DNA of 64,000 nt from an uncultured candidate division Zixibacteria bacterium (GTDB taxonomy: Bacteria > Zixibacteria > MSB-5A5 > GN15 > FEB-12), in assembly GCA_963806185.1 (NCBI GenBank), contig CAWDXE010000001.1:1024001-1088000 (forward strand), in the 5' to 3' direction. Each line of letters starts with the position of its first letter. Position 1 is the first letter of the stretch. A model generated the notes under the pieces. The model saw only the letters and a program-made list of their open reading frames with translations. It was not told the origin of the DNA and did not search any database. Of this stretch, positions 18,297 through 27,484 are shown one piece after another. The translations under genes were made by a program, and so were the position numbers.

Positions 18297-21200
18297 TTAA
18301 GTTTTTGCAACCGCAATGGCGGCCTTCTCGCCGTTTATAGTCCATTCCGTTCCCCCCGGCAGGCTCACGGAATCCGCCCCATCCATAAACTCCAGAGTAT
18401 GCGCCAGAGTTTCCTTCCGAATGAACGATTCATGCTTCATGACCGCGGCTCTGAGTCGCGGCGACGACGCCACCCGAACCGTGATATGGTCGGACACGTC
18501 AAATCCGGACGTCTTTCGCATATTCTGAATCTTGTTCACCATTTCCCGAGCAAACCCTTCGTCCACCAACTCGGCCGTCAAATTCGTCGACAACGCTACC
18601 GTTACCCGACCGTCACTTTCTACCGCCCAGCCTTCCTTTTCGATCTTCTGAATGTCAGCATCTTCAGAAGTCAGCGTCACACTGCGCCCATTGAGGTCCA
18701 GGGTGAGCGCGCCGGTCGTGCGGAATTGCGCCAATTGCTCGCTGCCCAGAGTGGACAACTGGCTGGCCGCCTGCTTAACGTCGCCGCCAAGTTTCGGACC
18801 GGCTACTTTGAAATTCAGTTTGGCTGAGTAGCTGACGTAACTATCCAAATCGGCAGCATCTTCGATTCTCTTAATGTTTAGCTCGTCCCGCACAATTTCC
18901 AGGAACGGTGTCAATCGGTTGAACATGTTTTTGCCGACAACATGGATCATCATTTGAGCCAACGGCTGCCGCACCTTCAGATTCTTGCGCGACCGCGCCG
19001 CCCGCCCCAGCGACACCATATTCTCCACCAATCCCATCGCCTCTTCCAGATCGGCGTCAATCAGGCTCTCGTCTGACTTCGGGAATGGCATCATATGGAC
19101 CGACAGTGGCAAGCCGTGTTTCTGGCGACTCGGGCCGGTAAGTTCCTTCCAGATCAACTCCGACGTAAACGGCGACACTGGCGCGCTCAACCGGCAAACC
19201 CCCTCCAAAACGCGCCAAAGCGTCAGGTAGGCCCGCAATTTCGACGGTTCCAAACCAGGCCCCCAGAACCGGCGGCGGTTGTTACGAACATACCAATTGG
19301 ACAATTCTTCAATCACAAAATACTGGATCGCTCGCACCGGCCGCGTGATCTCATAGGCGTCAAACGCCTTGGTGACGTCGCGCGCCAGCGTGTTGTACTT
19401 GGACACGATCCACCGGTCAAACGTCTCGGCCGGCCCGGCATGCTTTTCCAGGTACTGCTCCACCGAAAGGCCGGACTTCTCCGCCTCCTCCACGACCTCG
19501 TCGATATTGGCGTAGATGGCAAGAAACGAGTAGGTATTGCGCAGCGTGTCAAAATACTTGCGCCCTACTTCACCCAGTCCCTCAATGTCGAACTTTGTCG
19601 GGACCCACAGAGCGGAGTTACTCAGAAGGTACCAGCGGGTCGGATCGGCCCCGTACTGCGCCACGGTCTCAAACGGGTCGAACACGTTCCCCTTATGCTT
19701 CGACATCTTCTTGCCTTCTTTGTCAAGAATGAACTCGAGTACGACGACATTCTTGAAGGCGGGCTTGTCAAACAGCATGGTCGAAATAGCCAGCAGCGAA
19801 TAAAACCAGCCGCGCGTCTGGTCAACCGCCTCGGAAATAAAATCGGCCGGGAAGTTCTGATCGAAAACTTCCTTGTTTTCAAACGGATAATGCCACTGGG
19901 CATACGGCATGGCGCCCGAATCGAACCAGACGTCGATTACCTCCGGCACGCGCGTCATTACCCCGCCGCATTCACACGTCAATTTGACCTTGTCGATTAC
20001 CGGTTTGTGGAGATCGACGTCCGGTGGCACCTTGTCCCCTTCTCGGCGCAACTGTTCGATCGATCCTACCGCGCGGGTCTTGCCGCACGATGAATCATCA
20101 CACACCCAGATTGGCAGGGGCGTTCCCCAGAACCGCTCGCGTGAGAGCGCCCAGTCGACGTTGTTCTCCAGCCAGTTGAGCATTCGTCCGGTGCGGATTT
20201 CATCCGGCACCCAATTGATAGCATTGTTGTTTGCCAGCAACTGGTCACGGAACTGGGTCGTCTTGATGTACCACGACTGCCGCGCGATGTAAATCAGCGG
20301 TGAGTCGCACCGCCAGCAGAATGGATAGTTGTGCTCGTATAGCTCCTTCTTGAAGAGCTTGCCGCTGATCTTCAAATCCTTGATGATGATCGGATCGGCG
20401 TCCTTAATGTACATGCCCGAGTACGGCCCGGTGTTCTCGCGGAACAGTCCATTGGCTTCCACTGCCTGCAACACCGGCAGATTAAACACTTTGCCGATCT
20501 CGTAGTCATCCGCCCCGTACCCCGGCGCGATATGCACGATCCCCGTGCCGTCTTCCATGGTGACGAATTCGCCGACGATTACCTTCCAGGCGTCGTATCC
20601 GTCCTTCTTAAACGTGTCAAACAGCGGCTCATACCGGCGACCCACATACTCATTCCCCTTTTTTCGCTCCAGCGCGGTCTTCTCTTCACCGAATACTTTG
20701 TGCACCAACGCCTCGGCCAGCACCAGCTTCTCGCCTTCGTGTTCGACCATCACATAGTCGGCGTCGGAGCGCATACACAGCGCCGCATTGGACGGCAGCG
20801 TCCACGGGGTCGTCGTCCATACCAGGTAGCTGAAATCGCCATCAGCCGCCTTCATCTTGACGAAGATCGACGGATCCTTGACGACATCATACCCCTGGGC
20901 CACTTCGTGTGAGGATAATCCGGTGCCGCAGCGGGGACAGAACGGAACTGTCTTGTACCCGACATACAGCAGGTCGCGGTCGAACAGATTCTTGAGAATC
21001 CACCAGACCGACTCGATATACTCATTCTTGAGCGTCACATACGCATCGTCCAGATCAAGCCAGTAGCCGATCCGTCGCGTGATGTCATTCCAGTCCTTGA
21101 GGTACTTGAAGACCGACTCCCGGCACCGCTGATTGAACTTGTCGATACCGTATTCGATAATCTTCGCCTTGGAGTCGAGCCCCAGTTGCTTCTCGACCTC

Positions 21201-21485
21201 GATCTCCACCGGCAAACCGTGGGTGTCCCATCCCCCCTTACGATCCACTCGATACCCCTGCATCGCCTTGTACCGACAGACTAAGTCTTTGACTGTGCGA
21301 GCGATTACATGGTGAATGCCCGGCCGGCCATTGGCGGTCGGCGGACCTTCATAAAAAACAAACCGAGGCCGATCATGCGCCAGCGCCCGAGCCTTGTGGA
21401 ATATGTCATGGGCGTCCCAGAACTCAAGCACCTTGAGCTCGGCCGACGACTGCGTGAACTGGTCCTTTAGTGGATCGAACTTCAT
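18297..21485 (-). CDS. ileS: Isoleucine--tRNA ligase (IleRS2 type)
   Basis: EGPPTANGRPGIHH, GWDTHGLP, WTTTPWTL, DQTRGWFY and KMSKH; long C-terminal region with EGFAREMVNKIQ. Confidence 0.97.
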   Translation of the reverse strand: MKFDPLKDQFTQSSAELKVLEFWDAHDIFHKARALAHDRPRFVFYEGPPTANGRPGIHHVIARTVKDLVCRYKAMQGYRVDRKGGWDTHGLPVEIEVEKQLGLDSKAKIIEYGIDKFNQRCRESVFKYLKDWNDITRRIGYWLDLDDAYVTLKNEYIESVWWILKNLFDRDLLYVGYKTVPFCPRCGTGLSSHEVAQGYDVVKDPSIFVKMKAADGDFSYLVWTTTPWTLPSNAALCMRSDADYVMVEHEGEKLVLAEALVHKVFGEEKTALERKKGNEYVGRRYEPLFDTFKKDGYDAWKVIVGEFVTMEDGTGIVHIAPGYGADDYEIGKVFNLPVLQAVEANGLFRENTGPYSGMYIKDADPIIIKDLKISGKLFKKELYEHNYPFCWRCDSPLIYIARQSWYIKTTQFRDQLLANNNAINWVPDEIRTGRMLNWLENNVDWALSRERFWGTPLPIWVCDDSSCGKTRAVGSIEQLRREGDKVPPDVDLHKPVIDKVKLTCECGGVMTRVPEVIDVWFDSGAMPYAQWHYPFENKEVFDQNFPADFISEAVDQTRGWFYSLLAISTMLFDKPAFKNVVVLEFILDKEGKKMSKHKGNVFDPFETVAQYGADPTRWYLLSNSALWVPTKFDIEGLGEVGRKYFDTLRNTYSFLAIYANIDEVVEEAEKSGLSVEQYLEKHAGPAETFDRWIVSKYNTLARDVTKAFDAYEITRPVRAIQYFVIEELSNWYVRNNRRRFWGPGLEPSKLRAYLTLWRVLEGVCRLSAPVSPFTSELIWKELTGPSRQKHGLPLSVHMMPFPKSDESLIDADLEEAMGLVENMVSLGRAARSRKNLKVRQPLAQMMIHVVGKNMFNRLTPFLEIVRDELNIKRIEDAADLDSYVSYSAKLNFKVAGPKLGGDVKQAASQLSTLGSEQLAQFRTTGALTLDLNGRSVTLTSEDADIQKIEKEGWAVESDGRVTVALSTNLTAELVDEGFAREMVNKIQNMRKTSGFDVSDHITVRVASSPRLRAAVMKHESFIRKETLAHTLEFMDGADSVSLPGGTEWTINGEKAAIAVAKT

Positions 21486-22047
21486 ATGTACCATTCCGAT
21501 ATAGCCGGTTACAATACGAAATTCCGCCTCGGTTTGTAAAGGTTTTTATCGCCCGCCGGACTTGCTCCCCCTGCGCCCCCCAGGATGGTCTCCTCAGCCG
21601 ACCCTCCCGGGAACCGCCGGTCAGGTGCGATCGCGTGTGACAAACCGAAGATTCTTCTTGACCGAAGCGGTCAATATTGTATATCTTGACTCCATATAAT
21701 CTATGATATCCGGTTTTGTGGCGCCCCAGTACGCTGTCTCTTGCGTCCCGAACCGTAACGACTTTTCGAACAACTGAATCCCAGACCGTGACTTTGGCTT
21801 TGCCGGTTTTTGGTATTGATCAATGAGCGCACACGCAGGATCAGGAGATCCTTCTCACGGGGGGTGGGAGAATGTCCCGGGCCGCAGTATGGCATGTAAT
21901 GATGACTGCCGATTCGTCAAGCTCACGCAGGCGCCTCAACTGGTCGCCGGCGACTCCAGCCCGGGATCACCGCTCTCGAAAAATGTCTGACAGAAGCTGT
22001 TTTCGTGAATAGATGACCAATACTCAATCAGAGAATGGAGGAGGTCA

Positions 22048-24777
22048 ATGACCTTCAAAACCCTCATGCGATGTAGCCTTGCGCTGCTGACGTTATTTGT
22101 TATACCGTTGGCAGTGCAGGCCACGGTGCACAATGTGAGCATCGTGGAATTTTCCTTCAACCCCACCCCGCTGCAAATCGAGTGGGGTGATACGGTGAAG
22201 TGGACAAACAACGGTGCTATGGAGCACACGTCGACTTCCACCGCCGCTTCGCCCAAATCCTGGGATTCCGGGTCGTTGCTGCCCGGCCAGTCGTTTTCCG
22301 TCGATTTTCCCTCTGACGACGGCCCAGGGCCGTTCCCCTACGTATGTACGTTCCATAGTCTCTCGATGACGGGTGTGATCATCATCCTGCCGGCGCCGCG
22401 CGGCGCCTGCTGTCTGCCCACTCCCCCGGGTGGCTGCGTCATCAAGACGTTGAAAGAATGTACCGCCTTGGGCGGCACGTACCAGGGCGACAATGTCACC
22501 TGCGCCCAGGCCAATTGCGGTTCGGGGCCGACCGGCGCTTGCTGCCTTCTTACGGGTTGCGTCCAGATGACCGCCCAGAACTGCGCCGCGGCCAACGGTT
22601 ACTACATGGGGGACAACACGAGTTGTGGTACCCCGAACATCTGCATTGTTGTCGGAGCCTGCTGCGTCCCGGCGACGGGCCAGTGTTTTGAAACCAACAT
22701 GCCGTCCGAATGCGCCAACGTGAATGGCATTTTCACACCCGGCGGGACGTGTGCCACGGTTAATTGTGGTACGCCGACCGGCGCCTGCTGTACGCAGGGA
22801 GCCGCTGGATCGGTGTGTTCGGTCATTACGGCCGCGGCTTGCGCTGCTGCCGGTGGCACTTACTACGGCGACGGCACCAATTGCAACAGCAATCCGTGTG
22901 ATAACACCTTTGGTGCCTGCTGTCTGCCGAGCGGCGCTTGCGTTCAGTTGACGGCCTTCGAATGTGACCTCGCTCACGGTATCTTTGCCGGCCCCAACAC
23001 GCCGTGTACTGGCCAAACTTGTCACCCCGTTGAAGGCGCTTGCTGCGTCCCCGGTGCGACCTGCTTCCAGACCACTGAGGATCAGTGCAAAGCTGCCGGT
23101 GGCATTTGGGCAGGTGCCGGCGTTCCGTGCGTACCTGACCCGTGCAGCCCGCCACGCGGCGCCTGCTGTATACCCGGTGCCCCTTGTATGATGCTCTCGG
23201 CGGCCGATTGTGCCGCAGCCGGCGGCATCTACAAAGGCGACGGTGTCCCGTGCACGCCGGGCATCTGTAACAATAATCCCGAAATCGGTGCCTGCTGCCT
23301 GCCCAACGGCCAGTGCGTCCAGGTACTCGAGGCCGACTGTATCAAGCATCAAGGTCAGTGGCAAGGTCCGGGGACTCCTTGCGTAGCCGGGCTCTGCCCG
23401 ACTCCGGTCGAGGGTGCCTGTTGTATCCCCGGTGCCGGCTGTGTGATCATGACCCAGGCCGAGTGCTTGCACCAGGGTGGCATCTATAAGGGTGACGGCA
23501 CCAATTGCCTGCCGCCGAATCCGTGCGATCCGCCTGTCGGCGCCTGCTGCACGCAAACCGGTGGCTGCGTCCAGACTACGGCCCAAAAGTGTAAAGACCA
23601 CGGCGGTGTCTGGCAGGGTATTGGCGTACCGTGTATTCCTAATCCGTGCAAAACCAACGATACCACTGGCGCTTGCTGTCTGCCGGACGGCACCTGCATC
23701 AGCCCCGTCACACCGGTGGATTGCCAATTCAAACACGGCATCTTCCTCGGCGTCGGGACTGCCTGCGTCGGCGTCCAGTGTCCGACCAATATCGACGGCG
23801 CCTGCTGCTTGCCGAATGGTACCTGCGTTCAGGCCCTTCAGTCTGAATGCAAACAGTTCGGCGGTACCTGGTACGGCGGTGGCGTTCCTTGCTCACCGAC
23901 CCTCTGCCCGCCTGCTGAAACCGGCGCCTGCTGTCTGCCCGACGGTAGTTGCATCCAGACCACGCCGCTTCTCTGCAAGCGGAAACAGGGCGTCTTCCAG
24001 GGTGCCGGTTCCAACTGCGCGCTGGTCCACTGCAAGCCTCCGACGAAGGGTGCCTGCTGTCTGCCCGACGGCACCTGTGCGCTGACGACGGCTGCTCAGT
24101 GTAAAGCCTCCCACGGTGCCTGGCAGGGCAACGGTACTAGTTGCTCGCCGAATCCGTGCGGCAAACCCAAAGGTGCCTGCTGTCTCCCGACCGGTGGTTG
24201 TGTTGTCGTGACGGCGATCGAATGCGAACGCTTGCACGGCATCTACAAGGGTGACAACATCCCATGTCTCGCCACCACTTGCGAACCGAATCACCCGCAA
24301 GGTGGTTGCTGCCTGCCTAATGGCGCCGGCTGTGTCGTGACGACGCAGACCGATTGTGCTGCTATCGGCGGCGTCTACATGGGTAACGGCGCGCCATGCA
24401 ACGCGGCGGTCTGCCCGGTCTCTGCTCCGACCGGTTGCTGTCGCTTGCCCGACGGTACGGCCATCCAGACTACGGGCGTGGCCTGTGCCGGCGCCGGTGG
24501 CTTCTATCTCGGCGATAATACCAAGTGCCCGATCGCGTCAACTTTGACCAGTTGCTGCGTCGGGGCGACCGGCAATATCGACGGCGATCCCGCCGGTGGT
24601 GTCGACATTGGCGACTTAACCGCCTTCATTGATAACCTGTTCATCAACTTCACGCCGGTTCCATGCGATCAGTCGGCTGACCTTGATGGCAACGGGAGTA
24701 TCGATATTGGCGACATGACCGCCCTCATCGACAACCTGTTCATCACGTTTACCGATCCGGGACCGTGTACTGAATAG
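22048..24777 (+). CDS. Secreted cupredoxin + 17x Cys-rich GACC repeat + dockerin-like domain protein
   Basis: Signal peptide; plastocyanin-like domain with H..., YVCTFH and M ligands; tandem GACC repeats; C-terminal CC.G.TGN.DGD...DIGDL / ADLDGNGSIDIGDM. Confidence 0.85.
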   Translation: MTFKTLMRCSLALLTLFVIPLAVQATVHNVSIVEFSFNPTPLQIEWGDTVKWTNNGAMEHTSTSTAASPKSWDSGSLLPGQSFSVDFPSDDGPGPFPYVCTFHSLSMTGVIIILPAPRGACCLPTPPGGCVIKTLKECTALGGTYQGDNVTCAQANCGSGPTGACCLLTGCVQMTAQNCAAANGYYMGDNTSCGTPNICIVVGACCVPATGQCFETNMPSECANVNGIFTPGGTCATVNCGTPTGACCTQGAAGSVCSVITAAACAAAGGTYYGDGTNCNSNPCDNTFGACCLPSGACVQLTAFECDLAHGIFAGPNTPCTGQTCHPVEGACCVPGATCFQTTEDQCKAAGGIWAGAGVPCVPDPCSPPRGACCIPGAPCMMLSAADCAAAGGIYKGDGVPCTPGICNNNPEIGACCLPNGQCVQVLEADCIKHQGQWQGPGTPCVAGLCPTPVEGACCIPGAGCVIMTQAECLHQGGIYKGDGTNCLPPNPCDPPVGACCTQTGGCVQTTAQKCKDHGGVWQGIGVPCIPNPCKTNDTTGACCLPDGTCISPVTPVDCQFKHGIFLGVGTACVGVQCPTNIDGACCLPNGTCVQALQSECKQFGGTWYGGGVPCSPTLCPPAETGACCLPDGSCIQTTPLLCKRKQGVFQGAGSNCALVHCKPPTKGACCLPDGTCALTTAAQCKASHGAWQGNGTSCSPNPCGKPKGACCLPTGGCVVVTAIECERLHGIYKGDNIPCLATTCEPNHPQGGCCLPNGAGCVVTTQTDCAAIGGVYMGNGAPCNAAVCPVSAPTGCCRLPDGTAIQTTGVACAGAGGFYLGDNTKCPIASTLTSCCVGATGNIDGDPAGGVDIGDLTAFIDNLFINFTPVPCDQSADLDGNGSIDIGDMTALIDNLFITFTDPGPCTE
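22402..24528 (+). repeat. Tandem protein-coding repeat, about 41-44 aa per unit; 16 complete six-Cys units plus 1 four-Cys unit
   Basis: Consensus GACCLPxGxCxxxTxxxCxxxGGx(Y/W/F)xGxGxxCxxxxC, counted by hand. Confidence 0.95.
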
Positions 24778-24803
24778 CACTTTCGAAGTGATGTGAACTC
24801 AGT

Positions 24804-24841
24804 GCGGCGGTTGTGCTTTGGCACAGCCGCCGCTTTATTTT
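24804..24841 (+). terminator. Intrinsic terminator after the Cys-rich gene
   Basis: GCGGCGGTTGTGC-tttg-GCACAGCCGCCGC followed by TTTATTTT. Confidence 0.85.
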
Positions 24842-24850
24842 GCTCGACCA

Positions 24851-24879
24851 TTGCCCAACGACCCGCCGAAGCGTACATT
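24851..24879 (+). promoter_or_regulatory. Candidate sigma70 promoter for the VKOR-DsbA gene
   Basis: TTGCCC-17-TACATT. Confidence 0.5.
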
Positions 24880-24906
24880 GGGGGGGATTATTGACGAATT
24901 ATCTCT

Positions 24907-26709
24907 ATGAAGAAGTCTAATACGAAGGCACCACAACCCAAATCACCGGTTCAAGCGACCCTACCTGTTGTCGCCTGGCTGGGGGCGCTTGCCCTCATTG
25001 CCGTGGCCACCATCGCGTCTCTGATGCTGTCGCTCAAACACATCTGGGCCATCGACTTGATCGGCTGCGGCCGGGGCGGCGGATGCGATGAAGTCATCCG
25101 CGGATCGTGGGGCATTCTCCTTGGCTGGCCTGTGGCCTTCGTTGGTCTGGCGTATTTTGCCGGCTGGTTTGTGTTTTGTTTGATGAGCCGACAATCCTCA
25201 ACACCATCCTGGCTGCGCCTGATTGCCTCGCTCGGTAGTCTGGTGTCGCTCTTCTATATCGCCATCATGATTGTTGACGGTCACTACTGCGTGTGGTGCT
25301 TCACTGCCCACGTGGCCAATCTCCTGTTTACCCTTCTCCTCTGGATGAACTGGCGATTCTCGTCGGCACCTGTTCCCCGGTTGCCGCTGGTGACCGCGGC
25401 TCTCATCGGCGTACTGCTTCTGGCGGCGAGCCGTCTGACCTACGCCACCCGCTCGCAGGCTGCCACGGCTCGCGAGGCCGCCAGCGCCGCCGAATCCATT
25501 GCCAACATCAGCGCACCGACGGAGCAATCGAGAATATTTGGCGGCCGTTTTTGGAGCGGTGCGGTGAATGCCGACGTTCGCGTGGTGGTTTTTCACGACT
25601 ACCAGTGCGAATTATGTCACGAGGTCGAGGTGCAGCTTTTGTCGCTCTTGAACTCACGTACTGACGTGGCGCTGTCGTACAAGCAGTGGCCGTTCGACGC
25701 TTCCTGCAACGAACAGATGCACGGCAGTTCGCCTCATCCCGAAGCGTGTCTGGCTGCGAAGGCCGTAGAAGCTGCGGGCATTCTGGGCGGCGCGCGCGCC
25801 TACTGGTCGATGCATAACGCGCTTATGCGCGCGAACAGTATGACACAGGAGTACATAATCAATCTGGCCGTCCAGTCCGGTCTTGACCGCGTGGCGTTTG
25901 CCGCGACCATGCAGTCGCCTCAGGTAGACAGCCTCATTCAATCCGACATTGCCGAAGGTGTTGCCTACGGTCTGACCTATACCCCGCTCATCTTCGTCAA
26001 CGGTTACCCCGTGCGTGGCTGGCGGACGGCCGGCGCCCTTCCCGAGGCTATCAATCGGGCCGCCCTCTTTGCCAAACAGCAACCGAAAGCAGCCGATCTC
26101 CCCGACTCGGCCGCGTACGAACAACTGGCCATCTGGCAATCAACCCAACCAACTGCCACTCTCCCCGAAGTGGATCGCCCTGCTCTGCTCGGGCCCGGCA
26201 ACGCGACAAACACGATTGTCATGTTCGGCGACCTCACCTGCCCGTTTAATGCCGCGGCTATGAATGTCCTGAGACCGATTATCGAATCACGCACCGATAC
26301 CCGGCTGTTGTTCTATCACTTTCCTCTCGACCTTGACTGCAATCCACTTCTCAAACAGCAAATCAATCAGTTCGCCTGCGAGGCCACGCGGATCGTCGAG
26401 GGCATCCGTCTCCAGAAGGGGGATGATGCATACAAACAGGCCTGCCTTTGGGTGATCGCCAATCGGGAACGCATCGGCGCCTCCGCCATGGCTGAGCTGG
26501 GACAGCTTTTTGGCCTCGATGCCCCCGCGGTCGCTGCACTGCTGTCGTCGGACCAGACCGCGGCCCTGCTCAAGAAGGACATGGACCGCGCGGTGGCGCT
26601 GAATATTACCACCTCGCCGACCATCTACATTAACGGTAAGTTAGTGCCCAACTGGCGGATACCAGGGCTCTTTCCGAAGATACTCGACGCCGCCCGCATC
26701 AAACCATAG
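24907..26709 (+). CDS. VKOR-family membrane oxidoreductase fused to two DsbA-like thioredoxin domains
   Basis: Loop Cys pair CGRGGGCDEV and TM CVWC; DsbA-1 DYQCELC ... YTPLIFVNG; DsbA-2 DLTCPFN ... SPTIYING. Confidence 0.9.
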   Translation: MKKSNTKAPQPKSPVQATLPVVAWLGALALIAVATIASLMLSLKHIWAIDLIGCGRGGGCDEVIRGSWGILLGWPVAFVGLAYFAGWFVFCLMSRQSSTPSWLRLIASLGSLVSLFYIAIMIVDGHYCVWCFTAHVANLLFTLLLWMNWRFSSAPVPRLPLVTAALIGVLLLAASRLTYATRSQAATAREAASAAESIANISAPTEQSRIFGGRFWSGAVNADVRVVVFHDYQCELCHEVEVQLLSLLNSRTDVALSYKQWPFDASCNEQMHGSSPHPEACLAAKAVEAAGILGGARAYWSMHNALMRANSMTQEYIINLAVQSGLDRVAFAATMQSPQVDSLIQSDIAEGVAYGLTYTPLIFVNGYPVRGWRTAGALPEAINRAALFAKQQPKAADLPDSAAYEQLAIWQSTQPTATLPEVDRPALLGPGNATNTIVMFGDLTCPFNAAAMNVLRPIIESRTDTRLLFYHFPLDLDCNPLLKQQINQFACEATRIVEGIRLQKGDDAYKQACLWVIANRERIGASAMAELGQLFGLDAPAVAALLSSDQTAALLKKDMDRAVALNITTSPTIYINGKLVPNWRIPGLFPKILDAARIKP

Positions 26710-26798
26710 CTTCCTTTTCCCCTTGTTTTTGACGTTGGTTACCCCTACGTTCCCCAAGCAAAAGCGGCCTGTCCGACAGCCGCAAAAGAGAGTGATAC

Positions 26799-27476
26799 GT
26801 GGAGTTTTTTTCAAGCGTTCTTGACCTGTTCCTGCACCTGGATGTCCACCTGCAGGAGTTGATTACTACCTACGGTGTCTGGATCTACGCCATTCTCTTT
26901 GTCACCGTTTTCTGCGAAACAGGCCTGGTCATCACCCCTTTTCTCCCGGGCGATTCGCTGCTCTTTGCCGCGGGTACCTTTGCCGCGACCGGCGCCCTGA
27001 ATCTCTGGCTCCTGATGGGCACCCTTATGGTTGCCACCATTCTTGGTGACATTACCAACTACACGATCGGCTATCGCGTAGGCCACCGTCTTTTCCCCCT
27101 CCTGACCTTTCGTGGCCACCGTCTCGTCAAGCAGGAACACCTTGATCGCACGCACGCCTTTTACGAGAAGTATGGCGGCAAGACCATCATCATTGCCCGC
27201 TTCGTGCCGATCGTCCGCACCTTCACGCCGTTTGTCGCCGGCGTCGGCAAGATGACCTATCTCAGGTTCATCTCCTATTGCGTGGCCGGTGCCTTTCTCT
27301 GGGTCGTGGGACTCTCGACCCTCGGGTATCTCTTTGGCAACATTCCGATCGTACGCAAGAATTTCTCAGTCGTGATTCTCGCCATTATCATCATCTCGAC
27401 ACTTCCTGCCATTATCGAGTGGTGGCGACACCGTCGAGCCTCCCGCGTTGCGGCTGAAAATTCAGGGGACAAATAG
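26799..27476 (+). CDS. dedA: DedA family membrane protein
   Basis: ETGLVITPFLPGDSLLF and ARFVPIVRTF. Confidence 0.93.
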   Translation: MEFFSSVLDLFLHLDVHLQELITTYGVWIYAILFVTVFCETGLVITPFLPGDSLLFAAGTFAATGALNLWLLMGTLMVATILGDITNYTIGYRVGHRLFPLLTFRGHRLVKQEHLDRTHAFYEKYGGKTIIIARFVPIVRTFTPFVAGVGKMTYLRFISYCVAGAFLWVVGLSTLGYLFGNIPIVRKNFSVVILAIIIISTLPAIIEWWRHRRASRVAAENSGDK

Positions 27477-27484
27477 GCGATACC

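Noticed and set aside
21720..21810. c-di-GMP-I riboswitch on the minus strand (GGCAAA...GAAA...GGGACGCAA), or a T-box before ileS
   Set aside because: Motif spacing is too long and I could not form the required stems; no T-box GGTGGNACC sequence. An Infernal scan would settle it.
22093..23736. Long antisense ORFs (also 41529-43010, 19095-20093, 4395-5495)
   Set aside because: Shadows of GC-rich genes on the opposite strand, with no recognisable motifs.
22402..24528. Cys-rich repeats as a multiheme cytochrome or ferredoxin array
   Set aside because: No CxxCH or CxxCxxC motifs; only one incidental Cx4CH. The signal peptide and even Cys counts favour disulfides.
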